Below, piece after piece: positions 27,725 through 36,861 of a stretch of DNA of 64,000 nt. The stretch comes from a virus: IMG/VR virus record IMGVR_UViG_3300026484_000053, positions 32,001 through 96,000 of that record. One strand, written 5' to 3'. Numbering within the stretch: the stretch's first letter is position 1; every line of letters starts with the position of its first letter. A program made the translations under genes and the position numbers. The notes beneath the pieces were generated by a model, which saw nothing but the letters and a program-made list of their open reading frames with translations, did no database searches and was not told the DNA's origin.

Positions 27725-27948
27725 GTACACGTGAGAAAGACACTGTAGATACTATAGTGCACTTATACGGAATGAAATACGATGACGAAAAAGGTTTTTG
27801 GTCTATTAATTGCGACCGTGTTTCTATTGCAGACTGTAGAGATAATTGCCAAATCAGGAACACTGCTTGTAATGCTATAGACAACATAAACATAGATAGT
27901 GTGCAGCATTATATTAATAAAAAGAACATGGAGAAGCACGGTGTCTAG
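27718..27948 (+). CDS. Hypothetical Cys-containing protein
   Basis: 76-aa ORF. Confidence 0.55.
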   Translation: MLSTREKDTVDTIVHLYGMKYDDEKGFWSINCDRVSIADCRDNCQIRNTACNAIDNINIDSVQHYINKKNMEKHGV

Positions 27949-28162
27949 TACAGAAACATTAACGTACGAAGATTGGTATCACGAAGAAGGTATAGAACTT
28001 CTGGAAAAAAGACAGACGTTACTAGATGCAGTTAAAACTTATGACAATTCGATGGGTAAATTTACAGAAGGCGTACTAAGATCTGAAGATGAATTTCTTG
28101 AAGGTGCTTACACTGAATATTGCTCAGAGCAATACGAAATGAGAAGAAGAAGTGAGTTATAA
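27941..28162 (+). CDS. Hypothetical acidic protein
   Basis: Probable GTG start at 27941 after GGAG, in frame with ORF-track 27899. Confidence 0.55.
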   Translation: MSSTETLTYEDWYHEEGIELLEKRQTLLDAVKTYDNSMGKFTEGVLRSEDEFLEGAYTEYCSEQYEMRRRSEL

Positions 28163-28832
28163 AACAGAACTAAATAAGTTAATAAACTCTATAGACGAGA
28201 ATACTTGGATTATTTCAGATACTCACTTTAACCATAGCAATATATGTAATTTTGAACCAAATAGACTTAAAAAGATGCTTGAAGATGATTTCGAAGACAC
28301 GGATGATGGGCACAATAAGTGGCTTATTAAGAACTGGAATTCAGTAGTTAAAGAAGATGATTTAGTGTTAATGTTAGGAGATTTTGCTTGGAAAGGCATA
28401 CAAGATATTATACCTGAACTTAATGGGCGAATTATTCTTATACTTGGTAATCACGACAGGAAAGGATCTCAAGTATATAAGGGCTTTACTCACGTTGTAA
28501 GAGGTCAATATTTAATGTTTAATGCTAAATTGTATATTGCCAGTAGTAATGACGAACTAAATAGCTCTATTGTATGTATTATTAATGAACGTACCGTTTT
28601 GTTATCACACTATCCAGCCACAGTAGACGAGCACAGAAAAGACTCACATAGAATTAACAAAAGAGTAGATGATATGATTAGTTTATGTGATGAACACTCA
28701 GTAGAAGTTAACATTCATGGTCATACACATTCTAAATGCATGGACGACAGCAATTTGTATTATAAACTAGTGAACGTAAGTTTAGAAAACCTTAAAGATA
28801 TGAAGCCAGTTAGAATAGGATCTGTATTATAA
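28152..28832 (+). CDS. Calcineurin-like metallophosphoesterase (second, distinct family)
   Basis: SDTHFNH, LGD, GNHD, SHYP, HGHTH. Confidence 0.9.
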   Translation: MSYKTELNKLINSIDENTWIISDTHFNHSNICNFEPNRLKKMLEDDFEDTDDGHNKWLIKNWNSVVKEDDLVLMLGDFAWKGIQDIIPELNGRIILILGNHDRKGSQVYKGFTHVVRGQYLMFNAKLYIASSNDELNSSIVCIINERTVLLSHYPATVDEHRKDSHRINKRVDDMISLCDEHSVEVNIHGHTHSKCMDDSNLYYKLVNVSLENLKDMKPVRIGSVL

Positions 28833-28868
28833 TTAATTCTTTAGGTTAATATTACTTTAACATTAATG

Positions 28869-28877
28869 TGTTATAAT
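28869..28877 (+). promoter_or_regulatory. Early extended -10 promoter
   Basis: Second copy of the 54-bp promoter repeat. Confidence 0.72.
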
Positions 28878-28905
28878 ATACTATCTAAAAATAAAGGTAA
28901 ACAAT

Positions 28906-29211
28906 ATGACACTATTAGAACAAGTAAAGCAAATGCAAGAACAAAACGAGGCACTTTTAAAGTTCAACAAAGTATTACAACGTGATTATAACAAGATTCG
29001 TTTAAGTAATAATGGTCTAAAGAGAGATATTACACTTAAAGATAATAGAATAGATTCTTATAAAGATAAAATCAAAGAATTACAGCAACAAATCTCGTCG
29101 TTAAAAATAGATCAACAAGACATTAGTGTTAAAGAAGCTCTTAAAGTGTACCAATCGTTAACATTTGAACAAGGTATAGACTTTAGTAATGTAGAGCATT
29201 TAAGATGTTAA
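28906..29211 (+). CDS. Hypothetical coiled-coil protein
   Basis: 101-aa heptad-rich ORF. Confidence 0.65.
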   Translation: MTLLEQVKQMQEQNEALLKFNKVLQRDYNKIRLSNNGLKRDITLKDNRIDSYKDKIKELQQQISSLKIDQQDISVKEALKVYQSLTFEQGIDFSNVEHLRC

Positions 29212-29474
29212 TCACAGTTTCAATAGAAGAGCTAAATGAAATACTAATTAATTGTATTGTTAATGACGATACTTGCGACACGTACTTAGATATGTCATTT
29301 CTAGACCTTGGTTATGATAGTATAGATTTACTTGAATTAATGATGAAAATAGAGGAAGAAGCTAACATAGAACTTACTGACGAAAGTGCAGTAATGTACG
29401 CAAGTACACGTGACGATGTTAGAAAGCTAAAGACAGAAATGTCTAAACACTTAAATGCGCGATTAAGCGTATAA
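29205..29474 (+). CDS. Acyl carrier protein-like
   Basis: Acidic 89 aa; FLDLGYDSIDLLELMMKIEEEANIELTDE matches the ACP phosphopantetheine site LG.DS.D..E..M..EE.F.I.I.D. Confidence 0.75.
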   Translation: MLITVSIEELNEILINCIVNDDTCDTYLDMSFLDLGYDSIDLLELMMKIEEEANIELTDESAVMYASTRDDVRKLKTEMSKHLNARLSV

Positions 29475-29488
29475 TTGAAAGGAATAAA

Positions 29489-29728
29489 ATGAAAGAAAGT
29501 AAAGGTACTAAAGGGATTACCTTAAAAGGAGCTGCTGTAATGATGTTTGGCGGTGGATTCATAGGAGCAGTATTATCAATAATGGGTGTAAGTCTTGGAA
29601 CAAATCCTGTATTGTTTATTATGTTAGACATTCCTCTAGTAGTGATGTTGTACATTGTTAAAGACGATATAATAGAGTTCTTTGAGGGAACACACGACAA
29701 CGAAAACAACAGCAATAGAGAAATATAA
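29489..29728 (+). CDS. Small two-TM membrane protein
   Basis: 79 aa, two hydrophobic segments. Confidence 0.65.
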   Translation: MKESKGTKGITLKGAAVMMFGGGFIGAVLSIMGVSLGTNPVLFIMLDIPLVVMLYIVKDDIIEFFEGTHDNENNSNREI

Positions 29729-29746
29729 AAATATAGAGGAAAATAG

Positions 29747-30445
29747 ATGGAAATCAAACAAGAAACAAATAAAAACAAAACGACAGTACAAATGCTAAAT
29801 TATACGCCACTTTGGGTATGTAGTGACGCTATTAGAGAATGCTGGGCAAGTGGAGACCTAAGCGATACTACGAATGGTGTTGTAGGACAAAAAGATAAAG
29901 AACTTATTGCTAGAGTTGGCGTTAAATTTAAGCATGCTTCTACTATGGAACATCTTGCTTACAACTACAGATTAGACGGCATTAGTAGAGCACTTCTTCA
30001 AGAACTAGCACGTCATAGAATGGCAAGTCCTAGTGTAAAATCTACAAGATATACTTTAAAAGAACTTAAGACAGAGGAACCGTTTATTACTAACAGAGGT
30101 GTATATGATGGTGTTTATAAAGAAGGAGATTATAACTTTGAAAGAGCAGAAAAATATCTTGTTTTTACTGCAGACACTTATGTTGACATGGCAAGTATCG
30201 ATGCGCTTGAAAAGTTAAGAACTATTATCTTTCATGGTATAACTAATGACAGAGCAAAGTTTTGTATGCCTGAAGCGTATAGAACGTCTTTAGCTTTCAC
30301 TATTAATGCTAGGTCTTTAAGAAATTTCTTAAGTTTAAGAACTAGTAAAGCAGCACTTTGGGAGATAAGAGAATTAGCTCAAACTATGTTTAATGTACTA
30401 CCTGAAGAGCATAAGTATTTGTTTGAAGACTGTGTTGAAGTGTAG
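29747..30445 (+). CDS. thyX: Flavin-dependent thymidylate synthase
   Basis: HASTMEH, ISRALLQELARHRMASPSVKSTRY (RHRx7SxR), INARSLRNF..LR, WEIRELA. Confidence 0.95.
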   Translation: MEIKQETNKNKTTVQMLNYTPLWVCSDAIRECWASGDLSDTTNGVVGQKDKELIARVGVKFKHASTMEHLAYNYRLDGISRALLQELARHRMASPSVKSTRYTLKELKTEEPFITNRGVYDGVYKEGDYNFERAEKYLVFTADTYVDMASIDALEKLRTIIFHGITNDRAKFCMPEAYRTSLAFTINARSLRNFLSLRTSKAALWEIRELAQTMFNVLPEEHKYLFEDCVEV

Positions 30446-30539
30446 AAAGAAGGTGATGAATACGCGACTCTTATTACAGCGTATTCATCACCAGAAATAA
30501 CGATTAATCCAAAACTTTAATACACTTTTAATACTAATA

Positions 30540-30548
30540 TGTTATAAT
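30540..30548 (+). promoter_or_regulatory. Early extended -10 promoter
   Basis: TGTTATAAT with phased TTTAAT tracts. Confidence 0.7.
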
Positions 30549-30588
30549 ATACTATCAATTAAATACATAAACATATAAAGGTTATATT

Positions 30589-30948
30589 ATGACAAACGAA
30601 CAAAAAATAGCACTTGGATTAGTTAAAAAATTAGATGAAGCTGTAGATGTTGTACATACTACGTCTTACATTAATAAACGCGTATCTAAACATATAGACT
30701 TAGATTTTTCGCAAACGAACGTGTCAAAAGAAATCGTTAATTACGCTTTTGAGCTAGTTAAAAGCTACGATTTATACACAGGAGCTATTGATGACGGTGC
30801 TCAATGTAGAGACGCTAATAGACGAAATAAAATAACATTAAAAGAATTAAAGAATATAGGTGTAAAAACTATTATTTGGAAAGATTATACTCCTATAATG
30901 AGTACACGTATTTTTGATAAGATACTTAACTTAGATGAGATATCTTAA
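30589..30948 (+). CDS. Hypothetical protein
   Basis: 119-aa ORF after promoter/AAGG. Confidence 0.65.
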   Translation: MTNEQKIALGLVKKLDEAVDVVHTTSYINKRVSKHIDLDFSQTNVSKEIVNYAFELVKSYDLYTGAIDDGAQCRDANRRNKITLKELKNIGVKTIIWKDYTPIMSTRIFDKILNLDEIS

Positions 30949-30989
30949 GTGCGCAGAAATACTAGACTTGATAGGAAAGGAATAAATAT

Positions 30990-31241
30990 ATGCTAGTCAA
31001 ACCAATAAATTCAACAGTACAAGAAATAATGCCAGGAGTATTAAGTGTTAATCTTACAAAGCAGGAGATAACTAAATTAAAAGTATATCTAAGAGAAGAT
31101 ATACAGCATACTTTATTTAGCGCTATACCAGAAATATATAAGACTGTACACAGTAACTTTCACAAGTGTCATCAAATATTAGTTTTACCGTACAATGAGA
31201 ACGGTACAGAAAAATTAATCATACAACGTGTAAAAGCGTAA
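30990..31241 (+). CDS. Hypothetical protein
   Basis: 83-aa ORF, AAGGA RBS. Confidence 0.6.
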   Translation: MLVKPINSTVQEIMPGVLSVNLTKQEITKLKVYLREDIQHTLFSAIPEIYKTVHSNFHKCHQILVLPYNENGTEKLIIQRVKA

Positions 31242-31249
31242 AAGCGTAA

Positions 31250-31474
31250 AAGTGTAAAACAATAAAGGAATGGGCATGGGATAACTATAATCTTAATATA
31301 ATAGATGGTATTTCTAGTCGTGGAATATATGTTAGCATTATAGAAGAAGACTTTGCAAATCTTCAATCATTTACAAATAAATCAAGAGTAGAACCAAGAG
31401 CTGAAACAATATTTGAAGCTTGTCAATGGATATTAGACAACAAAGGAAACAAAGGAAAAAAACATGGATTATAA
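31250..31474 (+). pseudogene. Start-less open frame (5'-truncated gene remnant)
   Basis: 74 open codons KCKTIKEWAWDNYNL...EPRAETIFEACQWILDN with protein-like composition but no start; begins inside an 8-bp tandem repeat. Confidence 0.4.
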
Positions 31475-31868
31475 CAATGTAAGCAATGTAAGCAAGGTAA
31501 CTAAGGTAAGTAAGGTAAGCAAAATACGTAGCGTATTTAATGCAAGTAATATAAGTGCTGTTATACTAAGGGAAGATATACGTATGAACGCCAATCGAGT
31601 GTTCCGTATAACAGCTGATACTATGAAGCTACCATCTAAACACTATGATTGTAGATTTGTTATGAATATGCACTTTTTAGACGAGATTGAAAAGAGTCTT
31701 ATAAAAGACGGTCATACATTCTCGTGGATAAAAGAACAGAGCACGTTTGTAGGTATATATGTATATCCGATGATTAAATCAGAGTACGACAAGTTAAAGT
31801 ATGTACAAGATTGCATGACTCTTGAAGAGTATTCTAAAGATAGAACAGAGCTTCATTTAAAAAAGTAA
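31464..31868 (+). CDS. Hypothetical protein
   Basis: 134-aa ORF; SNV/SKV tripeptide repeats at N-terminus. Confidence 0.65.
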   Translation: MDYNNVSNVSKVTKVSKVSKIRSVFNASNISAVILREDIRMNANRVFRITADTMKLPSKHYDCRFVMNMHFLDEIEKSLIKDGHTFSWIKEQSTFVGIYVYPMIKSEYDKLKYVQDCMTLEEYSKDRTELHLKK

Positions 31869-31889
31869 GCCTTACTTGGCCTCTAAGCC

Positions 31890-32465
31890 TTACTTGGCCT
31901 GTAATTGCTTAAGTAGATCCTGAGGACTGCCTATAAAGACGTTATTAGTTACGTTGTTAGGCTGATCTGTCTTTATATCAGTAGTATTAAGCATTTTTAC
32001 GTCTTTTTGTACTCTAGTAAATTGAGTATATACAGATGTCATAGCTTTAGACGTGTCGTTTATACCCTTAATAAGAGAGCTAAATGATTCTATCATCTCT
32101 GCTGCTGAACCTTCTTCAGATTCAAGCAGCAGGTCTTGCTCGTACTTATCTAATACATTACTTGCACTTTTAATACTTCTTCTAAGCAACCTTCTCATTA
32201 ACTCAAAATCTTCCATCATAAGATCAGATTTAGCAATTGCTGTAATTACAGTATCATCTGATTCTACGTCTATAATTTCTGATTCTACATCGTGCGTGTC
32301 GTGCGTGTCGTGCTTTTCTATACTATGTTTATCTAAAGTGTCTTGCTTAGCCTTTTCCATAGACTGTTGCATATTACCTGCTTCAATCTCGAATGTGCCA
32401 AGTAGAGCTTTAAATTTGTCTATTTCTACCTTTGGTGTTTGTGTCGTGTGCGTCGTGTGTGGCAT
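31890..32465 (-). CDS. gp16: Terminase small subunit (T4 gp16-like)
   Basis: EDFELMRRLL..I central helix and C-terminal NNVFIGSPQDLLKQL typical of T4-like TerS. Confidence 0.75.
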   Translation of the reverse strand: MPHTTHTTQTPKVEIDKFKALLGTFEIEAGNMQQSMEKAKQDTLDKHSIEKHDTHDTHDVESEIIDVESDDTVITAIAKSDLMMEDFELMRRLLRRSIKSASNVLDKYEQDLLLESEEGSAAEMIESFSSLIKGINDTSKAMTSVYTQFTRVQKDVKMLNTTDIKTDQPNNVTNNVFIGSPQDLLKQLQAK

Positions 32466-32635
32466 TATTTTATCTTTCCTTCTTTTTTAAGTTGTTTAGT
32501 AAGTATTCCCATCTTTACTTCTCTTTCCCATACTAACATATTATCTACTTCAAAATCCGAGTAGTGTCCGAAATACTTAAAGTTATGGTATTCATTATAT
32601 AGAGTTCCTAACGTAGTGCTGAAACTCAAGTCCAC
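32465..32635 (-). CDS. gp51: Baseplate hub assembly catalyst (T4 gp51-like, 56 aa; missed by the ORF track)
   Basis: Manual translation from GTG: MDLSFSTTLGTLYNEYHNFKYFGHYSDFEVDNMLVWEREVKMGILTKQLKKEGKIK*; pattern HYS..E..NM..WERE; directly after gp26. Confidence 0.75.
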   Translation of the reverse strand: MDLSFSTTLGTLYNEYHNFKYFGHYSDFEVDNMLVWEREVKMGILTKQLKKEGKIK

Positions 32636-33324
32636 AAAAAATTGGGAATTGAACTAAATTCTATGTTATGTTCTTCTCCGCAAAATATGCACTTAAAATC
32701 TCCACTTATATGAAGAGATCCTTTCTGCTCTTTAAACTGATCGTAAAGTTCATCAAATTCTTTGCTTGGAAGTGAATTAATAAACTCGTAACATTCATCA
32801 AACGTAAACGTGTTGTTATATTCTCCATTAAAGTCTACACCTTTTACGCTAAGTATAAATTCTACATATGCTTTTTCTACTTTGGTTTTTGCTTCGTCTA
32901 TACGTTTTGTGCTACGTGGCTTTTGCAGTTCTATTTCGCATTGTTGTGACGTTATTTTTTTCAAAGTACGAGCTTTAAACTTAACTACGTCTGATAATTT
33001 AACGTCAAATTCTAAGTATTGACCGCATTTAGGGTTTTTACATAGTCTTTCTATTTGGAACGTGTCGCCGATAGATATTTTACGTATCTCTATCATTAAC
33101 ATTTTCTTGTCTATATCATCAAGAACTATTTTTTTAGATTGTGGTTTAATACAAGGTTCTATAAGGCATTCGTACAGATCTTGTTCTGTTATCGTCTCAC
33201 CTTCTGGTAAAGACTCTTTTAATATAAGATAATCTTTCTCGTTCTTTGTAGTCCATGGTTTAAAATAAACTACTTGACTTGAAAGTTTTACCTTGTGGTT
33301 GTAAGATTGAGTTTGGTTGAACAT
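32626..33324 (-). CDS. gp26: Baseplate hub subunit (T4 gp26-like)
   Basis: YFKPWTTKNEKDYLIL.ES, IEIRKISIGD, CxxxxC and CxxC, adjacent gp51. Confidence 0.8.
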   Translation of the reverse strand: MFNQTQSYNHKVKLSSQVVYFKPWTTKNEKDYLILKESLPEGETITEQDLYECLIEPCIKPQSKKIVLDDIDKKMLMIEIRKISIGDTFQIERLCKNPKCGQYLEFDVKLSDVVKFKARTLKKITSQQCEIELQKPRSTKRIDEAKTKVEKAYVEFILSVKGVDFNGEYNNTFTFDECYEFINSLPSKEFDELYDQFKEQKGSLHISGDFKCIFCGEEHNIEFSSIPNFLWT

Positions 33325-33355
33325 TAAGTTCCTTTCTGTTAGGTTTATATAAACA

Positions 33356-33363
33356 TATTTATA
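33356..33363 (-). promoter_or_regulatory. Late promoter TATAAATA
   Basis: Upstream of gp26. Confidence 0.6.
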
Positions 33364-34003
33364 TGAAATAAGACACTGAACCTGTCGTAAATCCGTGTTT
33401 TATCACGTTTTCATTTGTACTGAGCGTGTTCATCATCGTAGTGTATTGCATCGTTTTTTTTTTCAAAAACGACTTTTTCCTACTTGCCATACCTCTGTAG
33501 TCGTATAAAAGTCCTAACATGATCCTTATTCTCGATGATTGAGTACTTTGATCTTCTAATTCTTTACCTGTAATACTTTTGTAAAGAGACTTAACGTCCA
33601 GCTTTAAAGAATTTACCCAATACGCTACGCTTATAGCCTGGTTGTTTAGTTCTTGTCTTTGTAACATATATGGTACAAATTCTTTTCTTAAATCTTCTGT
33701 ACTAAAAGATGATACATTTTTATAAGACATGATGAGCATTTGCCCTTTTTCATCATCTTCTGCTTCGTACTGTAGTAAGTGTAAAAGTTCATGTATAAGA
33801 CTGGCTTTAGAACTGTATGCTACGGTGTATGGTCTTTGCGCGTGTCCACCCTGTTCTATTTTAATAAGTTTTATCTTTTTAATTAGATGGTCTACATTAA
33901 AAGCTTCACAGAATGCGTTTAACTCAGAAAGTTCGAAGTCGTTAGTACTTATTTTTACGTATTCTCTGAAGTGCTTTATGCGCATTATGTGCTTTATGCG
34001 CAT
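33359..34003 (-). CDS. Hypothetical late protein with HExxH motif
   Basis: LIHELLHLLQY, then ELNNQA (possible third ligand); 18-nt repeat at start. Confidence 0.6.
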   Translation of the reverse strand: MRIKHIMRIKHFREYVKISTNDFELSELNAFCEAFNVDHLIKKIKLIKIEQGGHAQRPYTVAYSSKASLIHELLHLLQYEAEDDEKGQMLIMSYKNVSSFSTEDLRKEFVPYMLQRQELNNQAISVAYWVNSLKLDVKSLYKSITGKELEDQSTQSSRIRIMLGLLYDYRGMASRKKSFLKKKTMQYTTMMNTLSTNENVIKHGFTTGSVSYFI

Positions 34004-34022
34004 TATGTGCCTTTATAGACGT

Positions 34023-34427
34023 TTATATTTTAACTATAATAGACGAGTGACTAAGTTCTACGTCTGTAACTCCAGCACTTTTAAGATCTTCGAATGCTTG
34101 TTCAGCAAACTTAGATTTAAAAAGTTCGATTTCTATTTGTTCTTTACCTGGATGTACTTTCTTTATCTTAAATCCTGCGTCTCTAAGATATTGTTCTACT
34201 TGCTTAGCATCTTTAGCGCTTTCTTCTATGTTGGGTTTACTCATTTTTTGAAGTAATTTCTGCGCTACTGTTTTACCACCAAGTGCTTTAACTATTTTCT
34301 TGAATTCTTTTTCTAACGCAGCGTCTTGAGCAATATACTCGTCAGCGTCTTTAGAACCTGTTCTACCTTTAGAGCCAACTGGGCTCTCGTTTAATGAGAA
34401 GTCTAGTACTAATTTTTCAAATGTCAT
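34023..34427 (-). CDS. Hypothetical late protein (possible internal head protein)
   Basis: 134 aa, late promoter at 34447-34454, LxE/IxE sites like gp21 cleavage sites. Confidence 0.65.
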   Translation of the reverse strand: MTFEKLVLDFSLNESPVGSKGRTGSKDADEYIAQDAALEKEFKKIVKALGGKTVAQKLLQKMSKPNIEESAKDAKQVEQYLRDAGFKIKKVHPGKEQIEIELFKSKFAEQAFEDLKSAGVTDVELSHSSIIVKI

Positions 34428-34446
34428 GTTTATTCCTTTTTATTTT

Positions 34447-34454
34447 TATTTATA
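34447..34454 (-). promoter_or_regulatory. Late promoter TATAAATA
   Basis: 20 nt upstream of the 34427 start. Confidence 0.6.
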
Positions 34455-34525
34455 ACAACTTATACTTAATGCTACGTTTAATACTGCGTTTAATGCTGCG
34501 TTTAATACTGCGTTTAATACTACGT

Positions 34526-36748
34526 TTAATACACATCTTCCATATCTCTTCTCCAGCCTGCACTGTCGAAGGGTTCTTCTGAAGCATGTTCTATATCTGA
34601 ACTAAATCCCATGTTCATAATCTTACACATTTCTAATTCTTCTTGTTTTTGCTCTTGCGCTCTTTGCTCTAAAAGATCTATAAATCCCTTAAAGTCATCA
34701 AAGTTTTTTATATCAAGCATAGGTGCAAATAACAGTGCTGTAGCCATAACCATGTCATCTTTATAACCGTCTTCAGCACTGTAACTTCCGTTTTTCTTTT
34801 CTATAAAATTAAATAATTGCTCTATAGTAACATGATCTTTAAGAATAAGCATATCTTCTTCAATAAATTTCTTTAAAAGACTAAGTATCTGTCTTTTAGT
34901 TTTTGTAGTAGTTCTAAAACCTAATAAGTTAGCACTTGCTTTTTTCTTTTTCTTTTCACGGAATATCTCACCTTCGTACTCATAGTTGTAATTCAGTGTA
35001 TCAAGTACGCCTATACCAATGTTATTCTCTCCTACTATAAGGGCTTTATTATAATAATTACCAAGATCAAATAATCTACCTGGCATTACCATATAAGACT
35101 CTGATATGTTGGCTGCTGCTACTTCCTTAAAAGGTATTGACGTCACGTCAAATACATGGACCCCTGCATCATCTTGGCCATCAATTTTAGGATCGAATGT
35201 AAGAATATAATGCTTACCTGATTCAGGTTCTTCAAATATTCTTAGTCCTTTAAATATTTTATCTTGTATTATTTCTTCTTCTGGTAATGCATTAAGACAT
35301 TTTAAAGCTTCGGCTCCTATTAAAGTAGCTGAAGAACCGACGAAAGCATTTTTAAAATTCTGTGCGAAATGTATTTCTCCATTTTTAGCTACTTGCTCTT
35401 GTTGAAATTGTTCAGGAGATTTTTTCGAACCGTCTTTATTCCATCTTGGTACATCTTTCCAAGATGCTTCAGCTATTCTGTATCCGTTTACTCCTTCTCT
35501 TGCTCCCTTAACAATTTGATAGAAATGATTTAATCCATTAGCTGTACTACTAAATATAATTTGTGAATCTTTAAACGATGCCATAGCTGGAGTAACAGAA
35601 TCCAACATATCATGAAATAGATTAGCTTTAATAAAAGATGCCTCGTCTATATATGCATATCTAAGAGAGTAACCCCTGAATGCGTCGCTATTTGAAGCAC
35701 TAATAAGTATTCTATTGTTATTAGTAAGTTCTATGGATTGCTTATTCCAAGATTTAACCCCAGGTTGCATCCAGATTGGTAAGTTCATGTAAATATCTCG
35801 TATTTTAGTTAATACTTCTTGAGCTAGCGATACTTTATTTGCTGCTACACCTATATTAATATCTTCTTTTATAAGAGCAATCCATAGCAAATAACAAGCG
35901 ATAGTAACTGTTTTACCGCTGTTATGACTAAGTATTCCATCACTATAAAACAACTCGTCTAAAGAGTCTAAAGATATATCATACATGTTTTCAAATACAC
36001 CTGTATGTTCTACACTTATTACTTTTGAATACCCTTCAGTAGTGATTAACTCCTGATTTAAAGAATTTTCTAAATGAACTTCTTCGTTACTAGAGTTAAT
36101 CACTACATGTTTAGGAGATCCAGATAAAGTCATACCATTTTCTAAAGTTATGTTTAGTACTTCGTATTTATGCGTTACGTAAACGTAATTTATATTAGAA
36201 CTTTCAGATGTACTTAAATCTTTATTAGTGCTTATGTTTTTACAGTTTAAAGTCCTAGAACTTATAAACGTGTCGTGATTTTCGATTTTAAATTCATTAG
36301 TTGCACTGTCGTATAATTCTTTAATAGTTATTTCTTCGTTGTTAACTTTTAACTTTGTATTTCCTGCAACGCACTGTCTAGGAAAAAATACTACAATGTC
36401 TTCTCCAGTAACTAACTGCTCTTCTAGATTTAGTTGATATTCTCTAGGTTCTGGTCTTGTTATTCCTTCTTTAGTAAGAATTCTGCAATAATTCCTTCTG
36501 AAATAGAAATAATCTTCATAAGCTGATTTAATTTCTATTTGCTGCATTTCAGACATAGGTATTTTAACATCTGCGCCTCTTAATCCATTTATTCCTGAAA
36601 AACTTATCTTCTGGCCAAACGCGTCTAAATAAAAACCGTTTTCATCTTTTTGCGTATCAATTGCTTCTAATAATTGATCTTTTGTTTTGTTGTCTAGTTC
36701 ATTACCGTTATTATCTTTAGCTAGAACGTCATATAATCCTTTTGACAT
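34526..36748 (-). CDS. gp17: Terminase large subunit with mini-intein
   Basis: REYQ, FPRQ|intein|SGKT Walker A, YIDEASF Walker B, SSTANGLNHFY, nuclease DP..GQD, DDMVMA. Confidence 0.95.
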   Translation of the reverse strand: MSKGLYDVLAKDNNGNELDNKTKDQLLEAIDTQKDENGFYLDAFGQKISFSGINGLRGADVKIPMSEMQQIEIKSAYEDYFYFRRNYCRILTKEGITRPEPREYQLNLEEQLVTGEDIVVFFPRQCVAGNTKLKVNNEEITIKELYDSATNEFKIENHDTFISSRTLNCKNISTNKDLSTSESSNINYVYVTHKYEVLNITLENGMTLSGSPKHVVINSSNEEVHLENSLNQELITTEGYSKVISVEHTGVFENMYDISLDSLDELFYSDGILSHNSGKTVTIACYLLWIALIKEDINIGVAANKVSLAQEVLTKIRDIYMNLPIWMQPGVKSWNKQSIELTNNNRILISASNSDAFRGYSLRYAYIDEASFIKANLFHDMLDSVTPAMASFKDSQIIFSSTANGLNHFYQIVKGAREGVNGYRIAEASWKDVPRWNKDGSKKSPEQFQQEQVAKNGEIHFAQNFKNAFVGSSATLIGAEALKCLNALPEEEIIQDKIFKGLRIFEEPESGKHYILTFDPKIDGQDDAGVHVFDVTSIPFKEVAAANISESYMVMPGRLFDLGNYYNKALIVGENNIGIGVLDTLNYNYEYEGEIFREKKKKKASANLLGFRTTTKTKRQILSLLKKFIEEDMLILKDHVTIEQLFNFIEKKNGSYSAEDGYKDDMVMATALLFAPMLDIKNFDDFKGFIDLLEQRAQEQKQEELEMCKIMNMGFSSDIEHASEEPFDSAGWRRDMEDVY
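35921..36373 (-). mobile_element. Contiguous mini-intein (151 aa, no endonuclease) in TerL Walker A
   Basis: CVAGNT...SGSPKHV...MYDISL...GILSHN|S. Confidence 0.92.
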
Positions 36749-36861
36749 TACTTTCCTTTCAATTAAAGTATATCTATTTATTATGCAATGCTAACATTTA
36801 TGTAATGCTAGTATTTAATATTCTTTTAACGTTAATATGTTATTAAGACACTCTGTATTCT

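Noticed and set aside
29747-30445. Thymidylate-synthase-like gene as the hydroxymethylase supplying the BGT acceptor
   Set aside because: It is a flavin-dependent ThyX (RHRx7SxR), unrelated to ThyA-fold dCMP hydroxymethylases. No acceptor-forming enzyme is visible in the window.
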